Assembly (NCBI GenBank): GCA_963718915.1
Contig: CAVRAI010000013.1
Location: 450,001 to 482,000 of the forward strand
Direction of reading: 5' to 3'
Length of the DNA: 32,000 nucleotides
Origin: an uncultured Chloroflexia bacterium
Lineage (GTDB): Bacteria; Chloroflexota; Ktedonobacteria; Ktedonobacterales; JADMIN01
A program made the position numbers and the translations under genes. Position 1 is the stretch's first letter. Every line of letters begins with the position of its first letter. The notes under the pieces are model-generated. The model was not told where the DNA came from and ran no database searches. It saw only the letters and a program-made list of their open reading frames with translations. Below are positions 1 through 8,465 of this stretch, one piece after another.

Positions 1-1590
1 CGCCGCTGGCGATTGGTCGAGCCAGGCCAGGGAGGCGTTATCACGACCGCGCCCCTACGAATCGATGAATCGGTGCTGCATTTCCTTACCGGACTCGAGT
101 CGCCTGACGAGCGACTGGCAGGCATCATTGTGCCAGTGGATGCCCCAGGCGAGATCGTGCCATCGCACCGCGCGCTGGCCCAGCGTATTGCCGCCGCGTG
201 GCAGCGGGCGCAACCCGCGACGCTCCCGCTGGTGCAGTTATGTGGCGATGATTCAGCGGGCAAGCGTTCTATTGCCGCCACTGCCTGCCGCCAGAGCGGC
301 CTGCAACTACTTGCCGTTGCGGCGGATCTTCTGCCCACCGCGCCAACCGACCTGACTGCCCTGCTGCGGTTGATCGAGCGCGAGCTGCTGCTGAGGCAGA
401 GCGCGCTGCTGATCGAGTGTGACGACGCCGAGAGCGCCGAACTGGCACGGAGCGCCGCGATCACACGGGCCTGCGAGCAGATTCGCGCGCCGTTGCTGCT
501 GGCGACTCGCGAGCGCCGCCGCCTGCCTCATCGCAGCGCCATGACCATCGAAGTCGCGCGCCCAACCACCCAGGAACAGCGCGTCGTCTGGCAGAATTCC
601 CTCGGCAGCGATGCCGCTGCGCTCAACGGGCATCTGGATCTGCTGGTATCGCAGTTTACGCTTGACACAACCGCCATCCGCTCAGCCTGTGCCGAGGCGC
701 AGGGCATGCGCGCCGCAACCCCGGAGACAACGCTTGATCTGGCGCTGTGGGATGCCTGCCGAGAACAGGCGCGGCCCGCATTGGAGGCGCTGGCGCAACG
801 GATCGAGCCAATCGCGGCCTGGGATGACCTGGTGTTACCGGATATCCAGCGTCAGACACTGCATGAAGTCGCCGCGCACGTGCGCCAGCGGGCGACCGTC
901 TACGAATCATGGGGATTCGCCACGCATGGCAGCCGCGGGCTGGGTATCAGTGCGCTTTTCGCGGGCGCCAGCGGTACCGGTAAGACACTCGCCGCCGAGG
1001 TGCTGGCGCATGAACTACGCCTCGACCTCTACCGCATTGATCTCTCGTCGGTGGTCAGCAAGTACATCGGCGAGACCGAGAAGAACCTGCGCCGGGTCTT
1101 CGATGCCGCGGAGGAGGGCGGCGCCATTCTGCTCTTCGACGAAGCAGACGCGCTCTTTGGCAAACGCAGCGAGGTCAAGGATAGTCATGACCGCTACGCC
1201 AATATCGAGGTCAGCTACCTCTTGCAGCGGATGGAGGCCTACCAAGGGCTGGCGATTCTGACAACTAATCTGCGCAGCGCGCTCGATACCGCGTTCCTCC
1301 GGCGCATCCGTTTCATCGTTCAGTTTCCCTTCCCCGACGCCACCCAGCGACAGGAGATCTGGCGGCGCATCTTCCCGGCTGCCACACCAACAGACCGCCT
1401 CGATATCACCCAACTGGCGCGGCTCAACGTCGCGGGCGGCAATATTCGCAATATCGCGCTCAACGCCGCGTTCCTGGCGGCCAACGCTGGACAACCAGTG
1501 GGTATGGCGCATCTCTTACGGGCCAGCCGCAGCGAGTATGCCAAACTGGAGAAGCCGCTCACCGAGGCGGAGATCGGGGGCTGGCTATGA
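1..1590 (+). CDS. AAA+ ATPase of contractile injection systems (Afp15/Pvc15-like, CDC48-type); 5' partial because the frame is open to the window edge
   Basis: Frame 1 has no stop from nt 1. Walker A GASGTGKT at nt 964-987. Walker B ILLFDEADALFGKR at nt 1126-1167. Downstream TTNLRSALDTAFLRRIRF motif typical of classic AAA. Lies directly upstream of a DUF4255 gene, as in eCIS loci. Confidence 0.85.
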   Translation, partial: RRWRLVEPGQGGVITTAPLRIDESVLHFLTGLESPDERLAGIIVPVDAPGEIVPSHRALAQRIAAAWQRAQPATLPLVQLCGDDSAGKRSIAATACRQSGLQLLAVAADLLPTAPTDLTALLRLIERELLLRQSALLIECDDAESAELARSAAITRACEQIRAPLLLATRERRRLPHRSAMTIEVARPTTQEQRVVWQNSLGSDAAALNGHLDLLVSQFTLDTTAIRSACAEAQGMRAATPETTLDLALWDACREQARPALEALAQRIEPIAAWDDLVLPDIQRQTLHEVAAHVRQRATVYESWGFATHGSRGLGISALFAGASGTGKTLAAEVLAHELRLDLYRIDLSSVVSKYIGETEKNLRRVFDAAEEGGAILLFDEADALFGKRSEVKDSHDRYANIEVSYLLQRMEAYQGLAILTTNLRSALDTAFLRRIRFIVQFPFPDATQRQEIWRRIFPAATPTDRLDITQLARLNVAGGNIRNIALNAAFLAANAGQPVGMAHLLRASRSEYAKLEKPLTEAEIGGWL

Positions 1591-1618
1591 GCCGAACCAC
1601 AGGAGCGTGGAGCGAGCC

Positions 1619-2437
1619 ATGCTGAACGAGATACACGCGGCGCTACAACGGCTCATCTGGGAGTATGGGCGTATCAGTCCCGACGAGGTGGATATCTTGT
1701 TCGAGGCGCCTACCCGCGAGCGCATTGACCGTCTGGTGCGCCCGACCGTCAGTCTGTTTCTCTTCGACCTCGTCGAGAATACCGAGATGCGCCAGAGTAG
1801 CTTCCCGGTCACGCGCGCCAGCGACCATGCCGAGCGACGAATGCCACCGCGGCGGGTCGATTTGCGCTACATGGTCAGCGCGCTCACCAGCGAGATCGAG
1901 GATGAGCACAGGTTGCTCTGGCGTGTTCTGGCGACACTCCTGAAGTATCCGCAGATGCCCGACGATCTGTTGCCAGAAGAGTTGCGTGGAAGCGAATTCC
2001 CGCTGGCGACCAAAACGAACCAGATGGACGAGGGACGCCGCTTGATGGACGTGTGGAGCGGCCTCGGCGTCTCACCACATCCGGCGATCTACTACGTCGT
2101 GACCGCGCCGCTCGATCTCGATGTCATCGTGCGCTCGCCACTTGTGCTGACGCGCACGGTACGCTACCGCCGCATCGCGGGCGAAACGGCGGAGAGCGAC
2201 TCCACAACCGATATTGGCGGCGTCGTGCGGAGCAAGTCGGGCGAGCTGATCGCGGGCGCGAGTCTGCTGATTGAAGGCAGCGCGCGCGAGCCAGTGCTGA
2301 CGAATGACCTGGGGCAATACCTCCTATCAGCGGTCGCGCAGGGAGCCTTGCGCGTGCGGGTAACGCCGCCGGGAGGTAAGGCGCGCGCAATCACGCTGAG
2401 TGTGCCCGCCGCAACATATGACATCATCCTCGAATGA
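1619..2437 (+). CDS. DUF4255 (Pvc16_N/Afp16-like) tail terminator/cap protein with a C-terminal carboxypeptidase-regulatory-like beta-sandwich
   Basis: ATG at 1619 is preceded by GGAG (1609-1612). N-terminus MLNEIHAALQRLIWEYG...VSLFLFDLVENTEMRQS matches my memory of the DUF4255 family. C-terminus GGVVRSKSGELIAGASLLIEGSAREPVLTNDLGQYLLSAVAQGALRVRVTPPGG resembles CarboxypepD_reg repeats. Confidence 0.8.
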   Translation: MLNEIHAALQRLIWEYGRISPDEVDILFEAPTRERIDRLVRPTVSLFLFDLVENTEMRQSSFPVTRASDHAERRMPPRRVDLRYMVSALTSEIEDEHRLLWRVLATLLKYPQMPDDLLPEELRGSEFPLATKTNQMDEGRRLMDVWSGLGVSPHPAIYYVVTAPLDLDVIVRSPLVLTRTVRYRRIAGETAESDSTTDIGGVVRSKSGELIAGASLLIEGSAREPVLTNDLGQYLLSAVAQGALRVRVTPPGGKARAITLSVPAATYDIILE

Positions 2438-2700
2438 CACATGAACCGTGACGTAGCGTCGTACATCACATCGTATGTGGGGAGGGAGGCATGCCTGGGC
2501 GGCGCCCAATGCTGTGACACGAAACACAGTGTGATTGTGTGACTTCGGGCCTTCCGCCTGCGTCGTAAACAGCCAAAGAGTGCAATACTCTGGCCCTGCA
2601 ATCACCGGGTAGCTGGCCGTTCCAGACCATACCCCCACAGTCAACCGCAAACCGCCGGTATCTGGCAACGAACCCATCAGCACATCGAAAGGATCCGCAC

Positions 2701-4245
2701 ATGCCTGAGTACCTCTCACCCGGCGTCTATGTTCAGGAGGTAGACAGCGGGCCACGCCCAATTGAAGGCGTGGGAACAGCCACCGCCGCGTTCGTGGGCT
2801 TCGCGCCCGCCGGACCCGCCAACAAGCCGGTGCTTGTCACCAACTGGTCGCAGTATGTCGATACATTTGGCCGCCTCGAAGAGGGTGGTCGGCGCAATCC
2901 ACACCTACCAGGCGCGTATCTATCGCATGCCGTCTATGGCTACTTCCTCAATGGCGGCGGCCGCTGCTACGTAACGCGAGTCGTCCCGGCGAAAGAGGAT
3001 GGCAAAGGGGCGTCGGTCCAATTGCCAAGCCGCTCCTCGAAGGCGGTGCCAGCGCTGACGGTCTCCTCCAAGGGCGCCGCTGGCGAAGATATCCAGGTAG
3101 AAGTTGCGCCACCGAGCGGCGAGACGCCACCTGAGGATAGCTTCACCTTGAAGGTGACCATGGGCAGCGTCACCGAAACGTACGACAATATCACTTTTAC
3201 CAAGAGGGGCAAAAGCCCGGTCGAGACAATCAACCAGACCAGCCAGCTCGTCGTTATCGCCGAGCCTCAAGCCAACGGCGCGGTCGCCGAGCGCACCCCC
3301 GAGACCGGAACCTACGTGCTGAAAGCCGCCGCTCCGACCACGCTTCCGCAGGTGCAGGCGCCACAGATTATGGGCGATGTGGCCGAGCGCTCTGGTCTCG
3401 AAGGGCTGGAGATCGCCGAGGATGTGACGATGGTTGCCTGCCCCGATGTCATGTCGGCGTACGAGGCCAAGATTCTGGATCGAGACGGCGTCAAGGCGGT
3501 GCAAATGGCGATGATCGCCCACTGCGAGCGTATGGGCAACCGCTTCGCCATCATCGATCCACTGCCCGATCTCTCACCGCAGGACGTGAAGAAATGGCGT
3601 GAGGTCGAGACAAACTACGACTCGAAGTACGCGGCGATGTACTATCCGTGGGTGAAGGTTTCTGGCCCCGATGGCAGACCGCTAGCTGTGCCGCCAAGTG
3701 GACATCTCGCGGGTATCTATGCGCGTAGCGATACCGAGCGTGGTGTACATAAGGCGCCTGCCAACGAGGTGATTCGGGGTGCGCTGGAGGCGGCGCAGAT
3801 GATTACCAAAGGCGAGCAGGATACCCTGAACCCTATTGGGGTAAACTGCATTCGCTCGTTCACTGGCCGTGGCCTGCGGGTCTGGGGCGCGCGCACACTG
3901 AGCAGCGATCCCGCCTGGCGCTATGTGAACGTCCGCCGTCTCTTCAACTACGTCGAGTCATCTATCGAACGCGGCACGCAATGGGTTGTCTTCGAGCCAA
4001 ATGATCCCGATCTGTGGGCGCGCGTCAAGCGCGACGTCGAGGCGTTCCTGACGGGCGCCTGGCGGGATGGTATGCTCTTCGGTCGGACGCCTCAGGAGGC
4101 CTTCTTCGTGAAATGTGACGAGGAGCTGAATCCGCCCGATGTGCGCGACCGCGGCCAGTTGTTCATCGACATTGGCCTCGCGCCAGTGAAGCCCGCTGAG
4201 TTCGTTGTCTTCCGTCTGAGCCAGTGGTCCGGTGGCGGAGCATAG
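2701..4245 (+). CDS. contractile tail sheath protein (Afp2-4/Pvc2-4-like)
   Basis: N-terminus MPEYLSPGVYVQEVDSGPRPIEGVGTATAAFVGFA is the canonical sheath signature. C-terminal region NPIGVNCIRSFTGRGLRVWGARTLS...WRYVNVRRLFNYVE is the conserved sheath C-domain. Candidate RBS AAAGGA lies 8 nt upstream of the ATG. Confidence 0.95.
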   Translation: MPEYLSPGVYVQEVDSGPRPIEGVGTATAAFVGFAPAGPANKPVLVTNWSQYVDTFGRLEEGGRRNPHLPGAYLSHAVYGYFLNGGGRCYVTRVVPAKEDGKGASVQLPSRSSKAVPALTVSSKGAAGEDIQVEVAPPSGETPPEDSFTLKVTMGSVTETYDNITFTKRGKSPVETINQTSQLVVIAEPQANGAVAERTPETGTYVLKAAAPTTLPQVQAPQIMGDVAERSGLEGLEIAEDVTMVACPDVMSAYEAKILDRDGVKAVQMAMIAHCERMGNRFAIIDPLPDLSPQDVKKWREVETNYDSKYAAMYYPWVKVSGPDGRPLAVPPSGHLAGIYARSDTERGVHKAPANEVIRGALEAAQMITKGEQDTLNPIGVNCIRSFTGRGLRVWGARTLSSDPAWRYVNVRRLFNYVESSIERGTQWVVFEPNDPDLWARVKRDVEAFLTGAWRDGMLFGRTPQEAFFVKCDEELNPPDVRDRGQLFIDIGLAPVKPAEFVVFRLSQWSGGGA

Positions 4246-4359
4246 TCATATAGACGCATAGACCTGAGTAGCAGCGAGCCGTGTCCATGCCGCTTGTCTG
4301 GAGAAGAGCATTCGCACACCATGACGAAGCGGCTGGCCCAGCGTTGGAGGAGAAGAAGC

Positions 4360-4800
4360 ATGGCATCGGCAAATCCTATCGTCTCAGCGTGGTTTGGCGT
4401 CGAGTTTCAGGGGCAGGTCGTGGGGGCTTTCCGCGAATGCTCTGGCCTGGGGAGCGAGAATGAGGTCGTCGAGTATAAGGCCAGCGGCCCGAAGGGCGAG
4501 TTTATCCTCAAGAAGGTGCCGGGCAGGATGAAGTGGAACAATATCACGCTCAAACGCGGCATCACCGACGCGATGGACATGTGGCAGTGGCGCAAGCTGG
4601 TCGAGCAGGGCAAGATCGACGATGCCCGCAAAAATGGCTCGATCATCATGTACAGCCAGGACGGCACTGAGATCGCCCGCTGGAACTTCGTCAACGCATG
4701 GCCGAGCAAGTTGACCGGCCCCAGCGCCAACGCGGGAAATAACGAGGTTGCCATCGAGGAACTGGAAATCACACACGAAGGCTACGAGCGCGTCAAATAG
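4360..4800 (+). CDS. tail tube protein (T4 gp19-like, Afp1/Afp5 family), copy 1
   Basis: ATG at 4360 with GGAGG at 4346-4350. Sequence FGVEFQGQVVGAFRECSGLGSENEVVEYK...PGRMKWNNITLKRGIT is typical of the phage_T4_gp19 tube family. The ORF-track start at 4294 gives an Arg-rich leader that is unlikely to be real. Confidence 0.9.
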   Translation: MASANPIVSAWFGVEFQGQVVGAFRECSGLGSENEVVEYKASGPKGEFILKKVPGRMKWNNITLKRGITDAMDMWQWRKLVEQGKIDDARKNGSIIMYSQDGTEIARWNFVNAWPSKLTGPSANAGNNEVAIEELEITHEGYERVK

Positions 4801-4841
4801 CGCTCGCGACAACACGCGGAGCATATGGGGCGGTGGTGGCT

Positions 4842-5210
4842 ATGCTGCAGACGGAATTCGAATTTACGCTGCCACGCGGCTATGTGGATGCGCACGGCGC
4901 GCTTCATCGGAACGGCGCGATGCGACTCGCCACCGCGCTCGATGAGGTCGAGCCGCTCCAGGATCCGCGGGTGCGTGCTAATGAAGGCTACCTGAGCATC
5001 CTGCTGCTGAGCCGTGTGATTACACGACTAGGCGACCTGGGGCAGCCCACGCCAGATGTCGTGGAGCGGCTCTTCTCGTCGGACTTTGCCTATCTGCAAG
5101 AGCTGTATGTGCGGCTCAACGAGATGGAGTCGAGCCTGATCGAGACGCAGTGCCCAACCTGCGGCAGCCGCTTCGCGCTTGATCTCGCCGGGGAGCAATC
5201 ACATGGCTGA
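4842..5210 (+). CDS. conserved CIS-associated hypothetical protein in the tail-assembly-chaperone slot (between the two tube genes)
   Basis: ORF MLQTEFEFTLPRGYVDAHGALHRNGAMRLATALDEVEPLQDPRV...ETQCPTCGSRF. It is co-directional and tightly packed in the operon. An alternative GTG start exists at 4833. The assignment comes from position and my recollection of similar ORFs in eCIS loci, not from a named family. Confidence 0.6.
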   Translation: MLQTEFEFTLPRGYVDAHGALHRNGAMRLATALDEVEPLQDPRVRANEGYLSILLLSRVITRLGDLGQPTPDVVERLFSSDFAYLQELYVRLNEMESSLIETQCPTCGSRFALDLAGEQSHG

Positions 5211-5394
5211 AACCCCTGATTCGTCCAATCCGCTCGCCGAAATGGATGAGACTGGGACGCAACAGCCTCCAGACGGCGAGACAGCGCAAACCGCCATCGA
5301 CATTGAGGCGCTGGCAGAGAAGGTCTATCGCCTGATGCTGGCGGAGATACGGCTGGATCGGGCGCGCGGTCTGTCGTTTGACGAGGGAGTGTGA
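5203..5394 (+). CDS. small (63 aa) acidic protein with a C-terminal amphipathic basic helix motif shared with the DUF4157 protein
   Basis: ATG at 5203 overlaps the upstream stop (5208-5210) by 8 nt. The gene ends 3 nt before the next gene start. C-terminus IDIEALAEKVYRLMLAEIRLDRARG resembles the last 26 residues of the ORF at 5843-7759. Confidence 0.5.
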   Translation: MAETPDSSNPLAEMDETGTQQPPDGETAQTAIDIEALAEKVYRLMLAEIRLDRARGLSFDEGV

Positions 5395-5397
5395 GCC

Positions 5398-5820
5398 ATG
5401 CCTGTCGATAACTATCCAAACTGTCGCTTCTACGTGGAAATCGGCGGCATGGCGCAGGCCGTCTTTACCGAGGTTAGCGGCCTCCAGCTTGAGATGGAGG
5501 TCATGGAGTATCAGGAAGGCGGCAACAATGACTTCGTCCATCGCCTGCCGGGGCGTACGAAGTCGAGCAATCTCACCCTCAAGCGCGGCATGACCAATTC
5601 GAACGAGTTTTTCCAGTGGTATGCCGAGTTGGCGCAGGGAAAAATCACGCCGAAAAACGTCTCGGTGGTGATGTACGACGTGACGGGCAATGAGCTTGCC
5701 CGCTGGAATCTGATCAAGGCCTATCCGGTCAAGTGGATCGGCCCACAATTCAGCGCGCATGACGCCGCCGCGGCCGTCGAGACACTGGAACTGGCGCACG
5801 AACGACTGGAACTGGCATAG
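5398..5820 (+). CDS. tail tube protein (T4 gp19-like), copy 2
   Basis: MPVDNYPNCRFYVEIGGMAQAVFTEVSGLQLEMEVMEYQEGGNNDFVHRLPGRTKSSNLTLKRGMT is paralogous to the ORF at 4360-4800 and fits the gp19-like tube family. Confidence 0.9.
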   Translation: MPVDNYPNCRFYVEIGGMAQAVFTEVSGLQLEMEVMEYQEGGNNDFVHRLPGRTKSSNLTLKRGMTNSNEFFQWYAELAQGKITPKNVSVVMYDVTGNELARWNLIKAYPVKWIGPQFSAHDAAAAVETLELAHERLELA

Positions 5821-5842
5821 AGCATCTCAAGGAGACATTAGG

Positions 5843-7759
5843 GTGGGCCATATGGTACGGCATGATCTCGCCGCACGCAGCTTGCGACACCTGCGATTCG
5901 CTCACCGGATGATGGCGAGCCAACCGCTGTTGGCGCGTGCCTCCCACATGTACCAGCCGCCCACCGCTGTCTCACTCGATGGCTATCTGCTTCCGATGGG
6001 ACACATTCTACGACGCCTGCCCCTGAACGACTCTACGTGGAGTGGTGCTCGTGCGGAAAGCGGAGTGAGCGCTGCCCCAGCCGCCGACACAGCCCCACCA
6101 GCGGAGACGTTACTAAGGCTTCTCCCCCGGCTGCCCGAAATGCGCGCCGCCGACACCACGAGCGCCGACCCAGAGGTTGACGTAGGGGCGCCCATATCCG
6201 CCACAACCCTCTCTGGCCAAACGCATGCACGTCGCGTTGTCGACAATGCGCCACCAGCGCTGACCACCCCAGCAACCACCACACCGCTAGTGCGCGCCGA
6301 TGGGCTGCGTCCGCGCTCGCGGATCGTCGAACTGCCGGGCACTGTCTCACTCCCCACGGAGGAACCCATCGCCGAAGAACCCAGCGCATCTGACACTCTG
6401 GAGGAACCGCCAGAGGAGGCTCCAGTGAATGCCCACGTGGAGTCTGTGGCAGACGATCAGGTCACTGCCGGAGGTGACCCAGCGCAGCCATTGTTGCTGC
6501 GAGAGGAGCGCAAGGGAGCCGAGGAACCCGCCACTGTCAGCCCGGTATCGGCGCCGATGGCTGCTACTGAGGAAGCGCCACCAACTCCACCTGCCGAACC
6601 AGCCCCCACGCCACGCCGTCGCAGCAAACATACACCAGCGACTCCTCCGCGCGCGTCGGATGTGCTCTTCCCGCCGACCGACGCCGACCGCTCGCCCGCG
6701 GCCTGGCTGGCGCGATTGCAGCATACAGAGAAGCCAGCATCACCTGCTCGACCAGAGTCGCCAGATTCGCTGGTGAAACCGGGTAATGAGCCACCTCCTT
6801 CTACACCTGTCCAGCGTCCAGGTACGCGCAGTATCCGCAAAGGCGCGACCAGCCCACAAGCCTCGAAAGCGCCCGCGCCGCCCACACATACGGCCAGCGC
6901 AACGACTCCATCGCCAGAACGGTCCTCGCCAGAGGAGCAGCCTGCCCTATTGCCGGGCTCGTCGCGAACACTGCTGCATACACTGACGGGCGTCGATCCA
7001 GCGAGTGTGCGCATTTATCGTGGGCCGGTGGCAGAGCGGGCCACTTCCGCTCAAAACGCCGACGCGCTCACCGATGACGGCGCAATTGTGCTTGGCGGTG
7101 GCCGCACGACCGATACGCCGGAGACACTGGGACTGCTGGCGCACGAGCTAACACACATTGCGCAGCGGCGCAGCCCGCGGTTCGTTCCGCCCGTCTCGCA
7201 GACATCGCATCACCAGGAGAGATTCGACGCAGGGACATCCGCGCCTGTGCCACAGGATGTACAACTCGCGGGTTCTCCAGCGGATGAAGAGGCGCTGGCG
7301 ACACAGGTTGAGGCGCGCGTTACCGACGTCGCCAGGGCAAGGGCCACGCCACCAAACGCGCTTCAGCCCGCATTGCTTGTGGAATCCGCGGCTACAGCTC
7401 CACCAGCGGGTAAACTGGCTTCGCGCCTGGCAACACGATCTGTCTGGGGCGATCTACCAGCGCCGTGGGAACCGTTGCCCGACTGGATGACGACACCCAC
7501 TGACTCATCCGTCAGCGCGCCACAGTCAGCGTCTCAGCCACAGCCATCATCGTCGGCGGCTGCTCGCGCGCCATCGGTGGATACTCCCGGCACGCAACGT
7601 GCCGAGCGCGGGCGTTCGTTGCCCGCCGAAACCGAAGAGTCGTCTCCAGCGCATATCCAGGAGGCTGGCAATCCAGAGCCTGACCTGGATCAGCTGGCAC
7701 AACAAGTACACGCGATTCTCAAACGGCGGCTGGCGGCGGAACGGCGGCGCTTCGGCTAG
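5843..7759 (+). CDS. proline/alanine-rich DUF4157 (eCIS core domain, HExxH metallopeptidase-like) protein in the tape-measure position
   Basis: GTG at 5843 lies 8 nt after AAGGAG (5829-5834); an alternative ATG is at 5852. A long low-complexity P/A/T/S/E segment covers about nt 6050-6950. It is followed by SVRIYRGPVAERATSAQNADALTDDGAIVLGGG...LLAHELTHIAQRR, with HELTH at nt 7142-7156, which is the DUF4157 signature as I recall it. Confidence 0.75.
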   Translation: MGHMVRHDLAARSLRHLRFAHRMMASQPLLARASHMYQPPTAVSLDGYLLPMGHILRRLPLNDSTWSGARAESGVSAAPAADTAPPAETLLRLLPRLPEMRAADTTSADPEVDVGAPISATTLSGQTHARRVVDNAPPALTTPATTTPLVRADGLRPRSRIVELPGTVSLPTEEPIAEEPSASDTLEEPPEEAPVNAHVESVADDQVTAGGDPAQPLLLREERKGAEEPATVSPVSAPMAATEEAPPTPPAEPAPTPRRRSKHTPATPPRASDVLFPPTDADRSPAAWLARLQHTEKPASPARPESPDSLVKPGNEPPPSTPVQRPGTRSIRKGATSPQASKAPAPPTHTASATTPSPERSSPEEQPALLPGSSRTLLHTLTGVDPASVRIYRGPVAERATSAQNADALTDDGAIVLGGGRTTDTPETLGLLAHELTHIAQRRSPRFVPPVSQTSHHQERFDAGTSAPVPQDVQLAGSPADEEALATQVEARVTDVARARATPPNALQPALLVESAATAPPAGKLASRLATRSVWGDLPAPWEPLPDWMTTPTDSSVSAPQSASQPQPSSSAAARAPSVDTPGTQRAERGRSLPAETEESSPAHIQEAGNPEPDLDQLAQQVHAILKRRLAAERRRFG

Positions 7760-7805
7760 CACACAGACGTCCCGGCATTTCGGCTCACGCGAAAGGGATC
7801 AGGAG

Positions 7806-8465
7806 ATGGACGGCGCCAGTCTGGCACATGCCAAAATCATCAACCTTGACGGCGGTGGCTCGCCCATCGAGTGCATGTTTAATCCAAAGGAATACTCGTT
7901 CTCCAAGCGAAACCAGTGGACGCCGGGAAAGAGCAAGGGCAGCAACATGCCTCAGCTTGAGTTTGGCGGCGGCCAGCCCGCGACACTCCAGATGCAACTT
8001 TTCTTCGACACCTACGCCGAGGGCAAGGATGTGCGCAAGGAGTACACCGATAGTATCTGGCAATTGATGATGGTTGATCAGAAACTCAAAGACCCCAAGA
8101 ACAAGAAGAGCCGACCACCAAAGGTGCGCTTCCAGTGGGGATCAGCCTGGTCGTTCGATGCTGTCATCATGAGCGTCAACCAGAAGTTCACACTGTTTCT
8201 CTCCGATGGGACGCCGGTGCGGGCGACGCTGGATGTGACGTTCCAGCAGATCAAGGATGCGGCGCTATTTCCTCCCCAGAATCCCACCTCCGGCGGGGTA
8301 GGCGGCGAGCGTGTGTGGACGGTGAACGAGGGTGACACGCTTGCCTGGATTGCCTACAAAGAATACGGTGACTCGAACCAATGGCGACTCATCGCCGACG
8401 CCAACCGGCTTACCCAAGTGCGGCGGCTGATCCCCGGAACAGTGCTGGAGATTCCCAATGCCTGA
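7806..8465 (+). CDS. tube-initiator-like protein with a C-terminal LysM domain (Afp7 / P2 gpX-like)
   Basis: ATG at 7806. N-terminal tube-like region KIINLDGGGSPIECMFNPKEYSFSKRNQW...LQMQLFFDT. C-terminal LysM WTVNEGDTLAWIAYKEYGDSNQWRLIADANRLTQVRRLIPGTVLEIPN. Confidence 0.85.
   Translation: MDGASLAHAKIINLDGGGSPIECMFNPKEYSFSKRNQWTPGKSKGSNMPQLEFGGGQPATLQMQLFFDTYAEGKDVRKEYTDSIWQLMMVDQKLKDPKNKKSRPPKVRFQWGSAWSFDAVIMSVNQKFTLFLSDGTPVRATLDVTFQQIKDAALFPPQNPTSGGVGGERVWTVNEGDTLAWIAYKEYGDSNQWRLIADANRLTQVRRLIPGTVLEIPNA

Noticed and set aside
5195-5215. P2 E/E+E'-style programmed -1 frameshift between the two small CIS ORFs
   Set aside because: The second ORF is in the +1 frame, not the -1 frame. No slippery heptamer is visible. 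The ATG with an 8-nt overlap fits simple translational coupling.
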